Shown: positions 8,572 to 17,369, numbered from the stretch's first letter. The stretch is DNA of 28,782 nt from Chloroflexota bacterium (GCA_039934015.1 JBDTMY010000055.1:1-28782), one strand, 5' to 3'. Made by a program: numbers and translations. Notes: generated from the letters alone by a model not told the origin.

Positions 8572-9674
8572 CGACGGCCTTCAGTGTCTTCTTCGGTCGC
8601 AGCGGTCCATCCGAGATCGAGCGGCGGCTCGATTCCATCAAGATCGCGATCGGCGCGCTGGTCGTCACGCGCGCGGGCGCCGCCGGATTCGACCCCTTGA
8701 TCGCGGTGACCGCGGATGAGGAGGCCCGCGCAGCGTTCGCACGCGGCGGTGCGGACGTGGTCGCCCCCCGCACCGACCCCTTCCACTTCGGCGAGGAGCT
8801 GCTCGCGCTGTCTCGCGAACGCCGGCTCGATCGGATGGCGACGATCGGGGCCGGCGCCGGCGCGCTGATGAGCATCGCCGAGCTCACACGGCTCCGCGAG
8901 GAGATCGACGCGGCTGAGGCGCTGGTCCTCTCGAACAACTACTACTCCGCCGACCTCGTCGCGTTCACGCCGGCGTCCGCGCTCACCGTCATCGACCTGC
9001 CGGCGACTGACAACCCGCTGCCGCGCCGGCTGCACCAACAGGGCGGTCTCTCGTCACGGCAGCTCGATCGCTCCGCGGCGACGCTCCTCGACGTCGACAC
9101 GCCGGCCGACGCCGCCGTTCTGAAACGACATCCCGCGTGCCCGCCGGAGCTGCGCACGCTCGACACCTGGGACGACGAGCTCGGCGAGCGCATCGACGCG
9201 CTCATGCGCCTGGTGACGACCCCGGAGCGGGAGCTCATCGTCGCGGGTCGCGTCGGCGCGCCGGTGTGGTCGTATCTCGAGTCCCAGACCGCGTGCCGGG
9301 TGCGCATGCTGGCCGAAGAGCGCGGCATGCAGGCCGCCGGGCGCGACAGCTTGGGCGCGGCGCGCACGGTCCTTGGCTTCCTCTATCGCGAGATCGGCCC
9401 CGAGTCGTTCTTCGCGCGCCTCGGCGAGCTTGGGAACGGGATGCTCTTCGATACGCGGGTGCTGTTCGCGCATCTCGGATGGCAGCTCTCGGCGCAGGAA
9501 CGTTTCGGTTCGGACCTGTTCCGCGCGGATTCGCTGGCGCATCCCGAGCTGCGTGCCTTCACCGAGGCGGCGCGTGCTGCCGCGTTCCCCCTGCTGCTCG
9601 GCGGGCACACCCTCGTATCGGGTGTGCTGTGGACGCTCGTCGAGGCGGCGTGGTCCGGGCACCCCGAGCCTTGA
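8568..9674 (+). CDS. Hypothetical protein (368 aa) with a CofC/NTP-transferase-like N-terminal half
   Basis: GTG overlapping the upstream TGA; LDVDTPAD resembles the C-terminal motif of CofC/MobA-type GT-A folds; C-terminal half unassigned. Confidence 0.6.
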   Translation: MTTAFSVFFGRSGPSEIERRLDSIKIAIGALVVTRAGAAGFDPLIAVTADEEARAAFARGGADVVAPRTDPFHFGEELLALSRERRLDRMATIGAGAGALMSIAELTRLREEIDAAEALVLSNNYYSADLVAFTPASALTVIDLPATDNPLPRRLHQQGGLSSRQLDRSAATLLDVDTPADAAVLKRHPACPPELRTLDTWDDELGERIDALMRLVTTPERELIVAGRVGAPVWSYLESQTACRVRMLAEERGMQAAGRDSLGAARTVLGFLYREIGPESFFARLGELGNGMLFDTRVLFAHLGWQLSAQERFGSDLFRADSLAHPELRAFTEAARAAAFPLLLGGHTLVSGVLWTLVEAAWSGHPEP

Positions 9675-10435
9675 CCCTGCGCCTTTTCGACCACCACATC
9701 CACACCGAGCGCTCCGACGGCACCGTCTCCCTCGCGGAGCGCGCGAGCACCGTGTCCGTGCGTCCGCACGGCGTCTCGGATCACTTCCCATGGCCGGGAA
9801 AGATGCGTGACGACGACGACGTGCTGCGGTATCTCGACGACGCCGCGCGGCTCGGGTTGCGCGTCGGTCTTGAGTACGACCTCGGCGTCGCGCCGCCGCT
9901 GCGTGCGACGACGCGCGCGTCTCTGCACTACATGATCGGCGCGCTGCACCAGCTGGACGTCGATGGCGTGCGCATCCCATTCGACGAGGCGGGCGCGTTC
10001 CTGAAGCGGAAGATCCCGTCGTTCACGGACCGCGCACGCTTCGGCGACAGCACGCTCGCGCGGCGCATCCGCGAGCGCATGCTCGAGGTCGTGCGCGAGG
10101 GCTTCGAACGTGACGGGATCGACATCCTCGGCCACGGCACGCTGTCGCCGCTCGCGGCCCGCGGGGATCCCGAACGCGACTACCCGGCCGAGTGGCAGGA
10201 GCAGCTCATCCAGCTGTGCATCGACGCGGACGTCGCGGTCGAGGTCAACGAGGCCTACGGAGTGCCACACCGCGAATTCCTCGAACGAGCACAGCGGATG
10301 GGAGCGCGGTTTTCGGTCGGCTCGGATACGCACGGGCCGCTCGCGCCGCTCGATAAGACGGCCGCGATGATCCTGGCCGCGTCACTCCCGCACGGGCGAT
10401 TCCTCGCGGGCGAACGGGTGCGCGAGGCGCGCTAG
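9671..10435 (+). CDS. PHP domain metal-dependent phosphoesterase
   Basis: TTG overlapping the upstream TGA; DHHIHTERSDG, SDH, GLE, GALH, LGH, EVN, GSDTH metal-ligand motifs. Confidence 0.9.
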   Translation: MTLRLFDHHIHTERSDGTVSLAERASTVSVRPHGVSDHFPWPGKMRDDDDVLRYLDDAARLGLRVGLEYDLGVAPPLRATTRASLHYMIGALHQLDVDGVRIPFDEAGAFLKRKIPSFTDRARFGDSTLARRIRERMLEVVREGFERDGIDILGHGTLSPLAARGDPERDYPAEWQEQLIQLCIDADVAVEVNEAYGVPHREFLERAQRMGARFSVGSDTHGPLAPLDKTAAMILAASLPHGRFLAGERVREAR

Positions 10436-10602
10436 ACGGGCGCGTCCTCCACCAGGAGCTCGTACACGAGAATGCCGATCGCGCCGAGCAGCATCAGGTG
10501 CACGAGGTTCCCGGCGATGTTCAGCGCAAGGGCCACGAACCATGCCGCCATGAGCAGCCAGACCGCCGTCCAGCGGATGCGGTGGCCTGTCGCGGTGCTC
10601 AT
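10432..10602 (-). CDS. Small membrane protein (56 aa), lmo0937/DUF5670-like
   Basis: WTAVWLLMAAWFVALALNIAGNLVHLMLLGAIGILV; TACCCT-N6-ATG leaderless arrangement. Confidence 0.7.
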   Translation of the reverse strand: MSTATGHRIRWTAVWLLMAAWFVALALNIAGNLVHLMLLGAIGILVYELLVEDAPV

Positions 10603-10608
10603 GAGGGG

Positions 10609-10627
10609 AGGGTATCGTCCGTATACT
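10609..10627. promoter_or_regulatory. Divergent -10 elements
   Basis: TACCCT on minus (10614-10609) 6 nt before ATG 10602; TATACT on plus (10622-10627) upstream of prs. Confidence 0.5.
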
Positions 10628-10678
10628 TTCAATGCAGGGGGGCGCGCTCCTGCTACTCAAAACAGCGGGAGGGGTGCC

Positions 10679-11668
10679 GTGTACGGGGGCCTGTCCGTCT
10701 ACACCGGCAACGCTCATCCGACGTTCGCGCGCGACATCTGCCGCACGCTGGAGATCCCGCTCGGACCGATCGAGGTCTTCAAGTTCGCGAACGACAACAT
10801 CTTCGTGAAGGTCAACCAGAACGTCCGCGAGCACGATGTCTACGTGGTCCAGTCCCTCACCGGTCCCTCGGTGAGCGACGCGATCATGGAGCTGCTGATC
10901 ATGATCGACGCCATCCGGCGGGCGTCGGCCGCGCGCATCACCGCGGTGATGCCCTATTACGCGTATGGCCGCAGCGATAAGAAGGACCAGCCACGCGTGC
11001 CCATCACTGCGCGGCTGCTGGCCGACCTCATCAGCGTCGCCGGCGCCACGCGCTTCCTGACGATGGACATGCATCAGATGCAGATCCAGGGTTTCTTCAG
11101 CATCCCCGGCGACGAGCTGTCGGGGAGGAACATGCTGGTCGAGTACCTGCGCACGATCGTCGACCCGTCGCCTGACGACTGCGCCCTCGTCGTGCCCGAC
11201 CTCGGCTACGCCAACCAGGCGCGCCGTATCGCGGAGATGCTGGACATCCCGCTGGTGTTCATGCAGAAGACGCATCGTGACAACAGCGGCCGGAGCGACG
11301 TCGTCGGCGTCATCGGCGACATCGACCGGAAGCGAACGATCGTGATCGACGACGAGATCGACCGCGGCACCACGATGCTCAACACCATCAAGGTCCTGCA
11401 GGAGCGCGGCGTCAACGAGATCTGGGCCGCGTGCACGCACGGCGTGTTCAGCGACAACGCCGCCGAGCGCCTCACCGCGAGCGGTATCGTGGAGCTCATC
11501 ACCACGGATACCTGCCCGATGCCGCCATCTGTGCGCAACAACGAGAAGGTGCGCGTCCTGACCGTCGCCCCGCTCTTCGCGGAGGCCATTCGCCGGATCC
11601 ACGGGGGCGAGTCCGTGGGCGCGCTCTTCAATCCGCCCGGATCGCAGATGCCGCTTCCGGTCACCTAG
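10679..11668 (+). CDS. prs: Ribose-phosphate pyrophosphokinase
   Basis: GTG with GGGAGG SD; FANDNIFV, ELLIMIDA, PYYAYGRSDKK, QIQGFF, IVIDDEID, HGVFS. Confidence 0.93.
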   Translation: MYGGLSVYTGNAHPTFARDICRTLEIPLGPIEVFKFANDNIFVKVNQNVREHDVYVVQSLTGPSVSDAIMELLIMIDAIRRASAARITAVMPYYAYGRSDKKDQPRVPITARLLADLISVAGATRFLTMDMHQMQIQGFFSIPGDELSGRNMLVEYLRTIVDPSPDDCALVVPDLGYANQARRIAEMLDIPLVFMQKTHRDNSGRSDVVGVIGDIDRKRTIVIDDEIDRGTTMLNTIKVLQERGVNEIWAACTHGVFSDNAAERLTASGIVELITTDTCPMPPSVRNNEKVRVLTVAPLFAEAIRRIHGGESVGALFNPPGSQMPLPVT

Positions 11669-11678
11669 CGATCGCCGC

Positions 11679-14291
11679 TTGAGCGTCCTAGGGCGCCTCT
11701 TCGACTCCAACGAGGGCGAGCTCCGGCGGCTGAAGAAGGTCGTCCAGCAGATCAACGCGCTCGAAGGCGGGACGAAGGCGCTGTCGGACGACGCGCTGCG
11801 CGCGCGGACCACGGAGTTCCGCGAACGCCTCGCGAAAGGCGAGACGCTCGACGGCATCCTGCCGGAGGCGTTCGCGACCGTGCGCGAGGCGGCGAGCCGC
11901 AGGCTCGGCCAGCGCCACTTCGACGAGCAGCTCATGGGCGCCATGGCGCTCCACAAGGGGCACATCGCGGAGATGAAGACCGGCGAGGGTAAGACCCTGG
12001 TCGCCTCCGCGGCGCTCTATCTCAACGCGCTGGCCGGAAAGGGCGCGCACCTCGTCACGACGAACGACTACCTCGCGAAGACGGGCGCCGGCTGGATGGC
12101 GCCGATCTACGACCTTCTCGGGATGAGCGTGGCGTACATCGCTCACGAGAAGTCGGCGCTCTACGACACCAGCGTGGTGCTCGAAGCCGTTGACGAGCGT
12201 CACCGCCACTGGCGAGACGCCACCCGGCGGGAGGCGTACATCGCCGATATCACCTACGGGCAGAACAGCGAATTCGGCTTCGACTATCTGCGCGACAACA
12301 TGGTCGACGATCTCGCGCGCATGGTGCAGCGGGACCTCTACTTCGCGATCGTCGACGAAGCGGACTCGATCCTCATCGACGAGGCGCGGACCCCGCTGAT
12401 CATCAGCTCGCCTGCGGAGGATGTCTCCGAGCAGTACTACCGCTTCGCTTCGGCCGCCAAGAAGCTGCAGCCGGAGACCGACTACATCGTCGAGGAGAAG
12501 CACCATGCGGTCTCGCTGACCGAAGAGGGCATCGCCAAGACCGAAAAGATGCTCGGCGTTCCCAACATGTACGAGGGCGACATCAGCGCGGTGCACTTCA
12601 TGGACAACGCCCTGAAGGCGCACGCCCTCTACCGCAAGGACAAGGAGTACGTCGTCAAGGACGGCGAGGTCGTCATCGTCGACGAGTTCACCGGCCGGCT
12701 GATGCCGGGTCGCCGCTGGAGCGACGGCCTGCACCAGGCGGTCGAGGCGAAGGAATCGGTCAAGATCCAGCGCGAGACGCGCACCTTCGCGACGATCACG
12801 ATCCAGAACTACTTCCGCATGTACGCCAAGCTGGCCGGCATGACCGGTACCGCCGCGACCGAGGCCGAGGAGCTCTTCAAGGTGTACAAGCTCGAGGTCA
12901 CGCAGCTCCCGACGCACCGGCCGATGGTCCGGAGGGATGACCCCGACCTCGTGTACGCGACCGAGCAGGGCAAGTGGAACGCGCTTATCGAGGACGTCAA
13001 GGAGCGGAACACGCGCGGCCAGCCCGTGCTCATCGGCACCACCTCGGTGGAGAAGAGCCAGCGGTTGTCCGACGAGCTGCGCCGGAATGGCATCAAGCAC
13101 GAGGTGCTGAACGCCAAGAACCACGAGCGCGAGGCGCTGATCATCGCCGACGCCGGCCAGCAGGGCGCCGTGACCCTCTCGACGAACATGGCCGGCCGCG
13201 GCGTCGACATCCTGCTGGGCGACGGTGTGGTGGGTCTCGGCGGGCTGCACGTCATCGGCACCGAGCGGCACGAGGCGCGTCGCATCGACAATCAGCTCCG
13301 CGGCCGCGCCGGGCGGCAGGGGGACCCGGGATCGACGCGCTTCTTCAACTCGCTCGAGGACGACCTGATCCGGATCTTCGCGTCCGAGCGCGTCGCCGGG
13401 CTCCTCGGGCGGATGGGCATGAACGACGAGGCCCCCATCGAGTCCGGGATGGTCACCGGTGCGATCACCCAGGCGCAGATCAAGGTCGAGACCCGGAACT
13501 TCGATATGCGCAAACGTGCGCTCGAGTTCGACGACGTGCTCAACAACCAGCGCAACGAGATCTACAAGGACCGCCGCAAGATCCTCGAGAAGGGCGACGT
13601 CCGTGAGACCGTCCTCGACTTCCTCCACGACGAAGCCGAGGCGATGGTCGACGCCGAGGCGGCTTCACCGGATCCGGAGGACTGGGACCTCGACAAGCTC
13701 GCCGCCGCGCTGGGAGCGCTGGTGGGTCGCGAACTCACTGCGGCGTCGTTCGGGCAGCCGGGCGGGCCCCCGGAGCTCAAAGAGAACGTCGCGCAGATCG
13801 TCGACGACACGTACGAGGCCAAGGCAGCGGATCTCGGGGATCCTGAGGTGATGCGAGCCGTGGAGCGCTGGGTGATGCTGCGAACGATCGACACGCACTG
13901 GATCGAGCACCTCACCGCGATGGAGGAGCTCCGCGAAGGGATCTACCTGCGCGGCTATGGCCAGCAGGATCCCCTCGTCGCGTACAAGAAGGAAGCGCAC
14001 GACTACTTCGAGCAGATGCAGACCCGCGTGGCCGCGGGCGTCGCTCAGACCGTGCTGCGCGTGTCGGTGCGAACCGCCGAGCAGGCCGAGCAAGATGAAC
14101 AGCAACAGGGCAGTGCGCCGCAGCAGACCTCGACGTCCGGGAACGGGACAAGTTCGACGGGGCGCAGCGACATGCGGACGAATCGGGACGAACAGATGCC
14201 GACGACAGCCAGCGGACGAGCGAAGCTGGGCCGAAACGATCCCTGCTGGTGTGGATCGGGCAAGAAATTCAAGAAGTGCCATGGGCGGTAG
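11679..14291 (+). CDS. secA: Preprotein translocase ATPase SecA
   Basis: MKTGEGKT, VDEADSILIDEARTPLIIS, QLRGRAGRQGDPG, C-terminal GRNDPCWCGSGKKFKKCHG. Confidence 0.98.
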   Translation: MSVLGRLFDSNEGELRRLKKVVQQINALEGGTKALSDDALRARTTEFRERLAKGETLDGILPEAFATVREAASRRLGQRHFDEQLMGAMALHKGHIAEMKTGEGKTLVASAALYLNALAGKGAHLVTTNDYLAKTGAGWMAPIYDLLGMSVAYIAHEKSALYDTSVVLEAVDERHRHWRDATRREAYIADITYGQNSEFGFDYLRDNMVDDLARMVQRDLYFAIVDEADSILIDEARTPLIISSPAEDVSEQYYRFASAAKKLQPETDYIVEEKHHAVSLTEEGIAKTEKMLGVPNMYEGDISAVHFMDNALKAHALYRKDKEYVVKDGEVVIVDEFTGRLMPGRRWSDGLHQAVEAKESVKIQRETRTFATITIQNYFRMYAKLAGMTGTAATEAEELFKVYKLEVTQLPTHRPMVRRDDPDLVYATEQGKWNALIEDVKERNTRGQPVLIGTTSVEKSQRLSDELRRNGIKHEVLNAKNHEREALIIADAGQQGAVTLSTNMAGRGVDILLGDGVVGLGGLHVIGTERHEARRIDNQLRGRAGRQGDPGSTRFFNSLEDDLIRIFASERVAGLLGRMGMNDEAPIESGMVTGAITQAQIKVETRNFDMRKRALEFDDVLNNQRNEIYKDRRKILEKGDVRETVLDFLHDEAEAMVDAEAASPDPEDWDLDKLAAALGALVGRELTAASFGQPGGPPELKENVAQIVDDTYEAKAADLGDPEVMRAVERWVMLRTIDTHWIEHLTAMEELREGIYLRGYGQQDPLVAYKKEAHDYFEQMQTRVAAGVAQTVLRVSVRTAEQAEQDEQQQGSAPQQTSTSGNGTSSTGRSDMRTNRDEQMPTTASGRAKLGRNDPCWCGSGKKFKKCHGR

Positions 14292-14303
14292 GGCCATGCG
14301 GCA

Positions 14304-14325
14304 CGCTGCCGGCGCAGAGGCAGCG
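14304..14325 (+). other. Hairpin between secA and lgt1
   Basis: CGCTGCC/GGCAGCG 7-bp stem, no U tract. Confidence 0.4.
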
Positions 14326-14339
14326 GGCGCCGACCGTCT

Positions 14340-15128
14340 GTGATCACCATCCCGTTCGATCCGAACATCCACCTTGGTCCGTTCACGATCGCGTGGCACG
14401 GGATCTTCACCGCGGTCGGCATCCTCTGCGGGGTGTGGCTCCCACTCCGTCTCATTCGTGCGCGCATCTCTGAGGACGACGCGACCGCCGTCGCCACGTG
14501 GGGTGTGGTCGCCGGCATCGTCGGCGCGCGACTCGTTCACGTCATCGACGCCTGGCAGTACTACGTCGCGAACCCGCTGCAGATCCTCCTGATCTGGACG
14601 GGTGGTATCGCTGTGTGGGGTGCAGCGATCTTCGGAACACTTGGCGGTGTGTTCGTCGCGATCCGGCGAGGCTTGCCCATCGGTTTTGGGGCTGATGCGG
14701 CCGCGCCAGGGATCCTTCTGGGCTTCGCGCTCGGCCGGATCGGCGACATCATCAACGGCGAGCATCACGCCACTCCGTGCGAAGCGCCCGTCGGTCTGTG
14801 CGTGGGATTCACGCACCCGGACACGCTCGGCCAGCCTGGGCCCGTGCACCTGGTCGTCGCGTACGACATGGCGTGGAACCTGATCGGGGTCGCCGGATCG
14901 CTGGCCCTCCGCGGCCGTGGTCTGCCTGAGGGACTGATCTTCTGGCTCGCGGGCGCCTGGTACGCGGTGGGCCGCTTCTTCCTCGGCTTCCTGCGCACCG
15001 TCGACCCCACGTACGCCTTCGGCCTGCGCGAGGACCAGGTCATCGCGATCCTCGTTCTCGCGGCGGCGATCCCCATGATCGCCCGCCTCACCATGTTCGG
15101 TCGCGCGCCGGAGCCGGTAGCGATCTGA
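14340..15128 (+). CDS. lgt: Prolipoprotein diacylglyceryl transferase-like protein, paralog 1 (divergent)
   Basis: IAWHG, GIVGARL, IWTGG, LGRIGDIINGE, GRFFLGFLR. Confidence 0.85.
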   Translation: MITIPFDPNIHLGPFTIAWHGIFTAVGILCGVWLPLRLIRARISEDDATAVATWGVVAGIVGARLVHVIDAWQYYVANPLQILLIWTGGIAVWGAAIFGTLGGVFVAIRRGLPIGFGADAAAPGILLGFALGRIGDIINGEHHATPCEAPVGLCVGFTHPDTLGQPGPVHLVVAYDMAWNLIGVAGSLALRGRGLPEGLIFWLAGAWYAVGRFFLGFLRTVDPTYAFGLREDQVIAILVLAAAIPMIARLTMFGRAPEPVAI

Positions 15129-15961
15129 TCGAGCTGCCGTTCGACCCGGATCTGGTGATCGGATCATTTCGCATCGCGTGGCACTCGGTCTTCGCCTTCG
15201 TGGGCCTGGCGGTCGGCAGCATCGTCTCGATCCGCTGCGCGCGCTACCTGATACGCGACGAGCGGGTCTATCCCTTCGCCATTGCCGTCGTTCTGGGCGG
15301 ACTCATCGGCGCGCGGATCGCTCACGTCACGGATAACTGGGCGCTCTATGCGAACGATCCGCTGCGCGCGCTTCAGTTCTGGAGCGGGGGCATCGGCACG
15401 ATGGGCGCGCCGATCGGCTCGACGGTCTCGGGCTATCTCGCCGCGCGCTGGCTTCGCCTGCCGGTCGGCTTCATGTTCGACGTCACGGTCATCGGCATCG
15501 CGCTCGGTGAGGCGATCGGCCGCATCGGCGACATCGTCAACGGCGAGCATCACTCCGTGCCATGCGCGGACCTGCCGTGGTGCGTCCGCTACACGCACCC
15601 GGACACCCTGGGACAGGCGACGTCGGTCCATCCGATCGGTGTCTACGACGGCCTGCTGATGCTTGCGATCTTCGCCGTGGTCTACCTGTACTGGCGGCGC
15701 ATCCGGGGGCGCCCGCCCGAGGCCCGCGTTTGGTTTGCCTACCTGCTGCTCCTCGGCGGGGGCCGGTTCCTCCTGTCCTTCCTGCGGACCGACCCGCTGT
15801 TCTTCGGGGGGCTCCAGCAGGCCCAGCTTCTCGGGCTCCTCTATTTGGGCGCTGGAGCGGTCACTTTGCCTCTGCTGGAGCGCCGAGCAGCCTGGTTAGC
15901 GAACGTGCCGCAAGCACAAAATGGGGAAAAACCCCTTCTCAAACCGGTGTCAGACCGGTAA
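15125..15961 (+). CDS. lgt: Lgt-like protein, paralog 2 (probable CTG start)
   Basis: GGLIGARI, FWSGG, IGRIGDIVNGE, GRFLLSFLR; N-terminus aligns with paralog 1 from CTG 15125; the ORF track starts at GTG 15155. Confidence 0.85.
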   Translation: MIELPFDPDLVIGSFRIAWHSVFAFVGLAVGSIVSIRCARYLIRDERVYPFAIAVVLGGLIGARIAHVTDNWALYANDPLRALQFWSGGIGTMGAPIGSTVSGYLAARWLRLPVGFMFDVTVIGIALGEAIGRIGDIVNGEHHSVPCADLPWCVRYTHPDTLGQATSVHPIGVYDGLLMLAIFAVVYLYWRRIRGRPPEARVWFAYLLLLGGGRFLLSFLRTDPLFFGGLQQAQLLGLLYLGAGAVTLPLLERRAAWLANVPQAQNGEKPLLKPVSDR

Positions 15962-16006
15962 ACTCGCGTCCGGAAAGCGGCACAAAAGCCGCCTGTGGGG
16001 AGCGTC

Positions 16007-16204
16007 ATGAAAGAGTGGATCGTCTGCGAGGACAACTGCCTTAAGTGTTCCTACGGGGCGACCCTCGACTGCGACGGAGACTGCCCTCGCTGCCCTCGTA
16101 ACACCTATTGCCCCTGCGTGACCTTTGTCAGCTTCGCCGCAGGCAAGCTGGCACCAGTCGCTCAGCCCCTCACGACCACTTTCGAACGACCCCGCAAGCG
16201 CTGA
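16007..16204 (+). CDS. Small Cys-rich protein (65 aa, 8 Cys)
   Basis: GGGGAG SD before ATG; MKEWIVCEDNCLKCSYGATLDCDGDCPRCPRNTYCPC...; fills the gap between lgt2 and prfB. Confidence 0.7.
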   Translation: MKEWIVCEDNCLKCSYGATLDCDGDCPRCPRNTYCPCVTFVSFAAGKLAPVAQPLTTTFERPRKR

Positions 16205-16210
16205 ACCGTC

Positions 16211-17315
16211 GTGACGGTGGACCTGGCGGCGCTCGCCGCTCTGCGCGAGCGCATCGACCGCATGGCGGTGTTCCTTTGACCTCCCCACTCTTCGCCGCGA
16301 GGTCGCGCGTCTAGACGCGGAGTCCTCCGCGCCCGACCTCTGGAACGATCGCAAGCACGCGCAGCAGGTCATGAAGCGACTGGGCCTCATCCGTGCGCGT
16401 GTCGACCGCTGGGAGTCCTTTCGCCAGCGTGCGGCTGACCTCACGGAGCTGGCCTCGCTGGCCGATGACCCCGCGCTCAGCGCCGATCTCGAGCGCGAGC
16501 TGCAGCAGCTCGTGGCCGATGTCGACAAGGCGAGCCTCGAGGCGCAGCTGGGCGGTCCGTACGACGAGCGCGACGCGGTCGTCGCGATCTCGGCCGGCGT
16601 CGGTGGGACGGACGCCGCGGACTGGGCCCAGACGCTCGTGCGCATGTATCTGCGGTGGGCCGAGCGGCACGGTTTCAAAGCGGAGATCGTCGAGTCGACG
16701 CCCGGCGACGAGGCGGGCATCCGCAGCGCGACGATCACGGTCGAGGGTCCCTACGCGTACGGATATCTCAAGACCGAGCGCGGCACGCATCGGCTGGTGC
16801 GCATTTCCCCGTTCGATTTCCAGAAGCGGCGACAGACGTCATTCGCGCTGGTCGATCCGACCCCGCAGGTCGAGGACGACGCCGAGATCGAGATCCGCCC
16901 AGAGGAGCTCAAGATCGACACCTACCGCGCCACCGGTGCCGGTGGCCAGAACGTCAACAAGACGGAGACCGCTATACGCATCACGCATCTGCCGAGCGGC
17001 ATCGTCGTCTCTTGCCAGAATGAGCGCTCGCAGCTGCAGAACCGTGAGACCGCGATGCGCATCCTCAAAGCGAGACTCCTGGAGAAGCGCGTTCTGGAGC
17101 AGGAGGCCGAGCAGGCACGCGAGCGTGGCGAGATGCGCTCCGCCGACTGGGGCAGCCAGATCCGCTCGTACGTCCTCCACCCCTACACCCTGGTCAAGGA
17201 TCACCGGACCGGCGTCGAGGTCGGAGACCCAACGCGAGTCCTCGATGGGGACATCGACGTGTTCATCGAGGCTGCCCTGTCTAGGCCAACCGCCGGTGGC
17301 ACACCGCCTGCTTAG
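16211..17315 (+). CDS. prfB: Peptide chain release factor 2 with programmed +1 frameshift (about 367 aa)
   Basis: GTG 16211, 22 codons to CTT TGA C (16274-16280), continuing DLPTLRREV...DLWND; SPF and GGQ motifs. Confidence 0.97.
16264..16280 (+). promoter_or_regulatory. prfB +1 frameshift cassette
   Basis: GGCGGTG-TTC-CTTTGAC. Confidence 0.92.
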
Positions 17316-17369
17316 TAACGACCCGTAAACGCCATGGGCGCCGAGGGCGCACCCGCGGGAGGTTGTTTT

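Noticed and set aside
10472-10678. Long N-terminal extensions in the ORF track (prs, livJ, livM, nth, comF, PHP, sigR)
   Set aside because: Better downstream starts with an SD, stop overlap or -10 box coincide with where family resemblance begins
14085-14215. Gln/Ser/Thr-rich low-complexity stretch in SecA
   Set aside because: Normal variable linker before the SEC-C zinc motif
16007-16204. Cys-rich ORF as a lipidated substrate of the adjacent Lgt pair
   Set aside because: No hydrophobic signal peptide or lipobox; adjacency alone is insufficient
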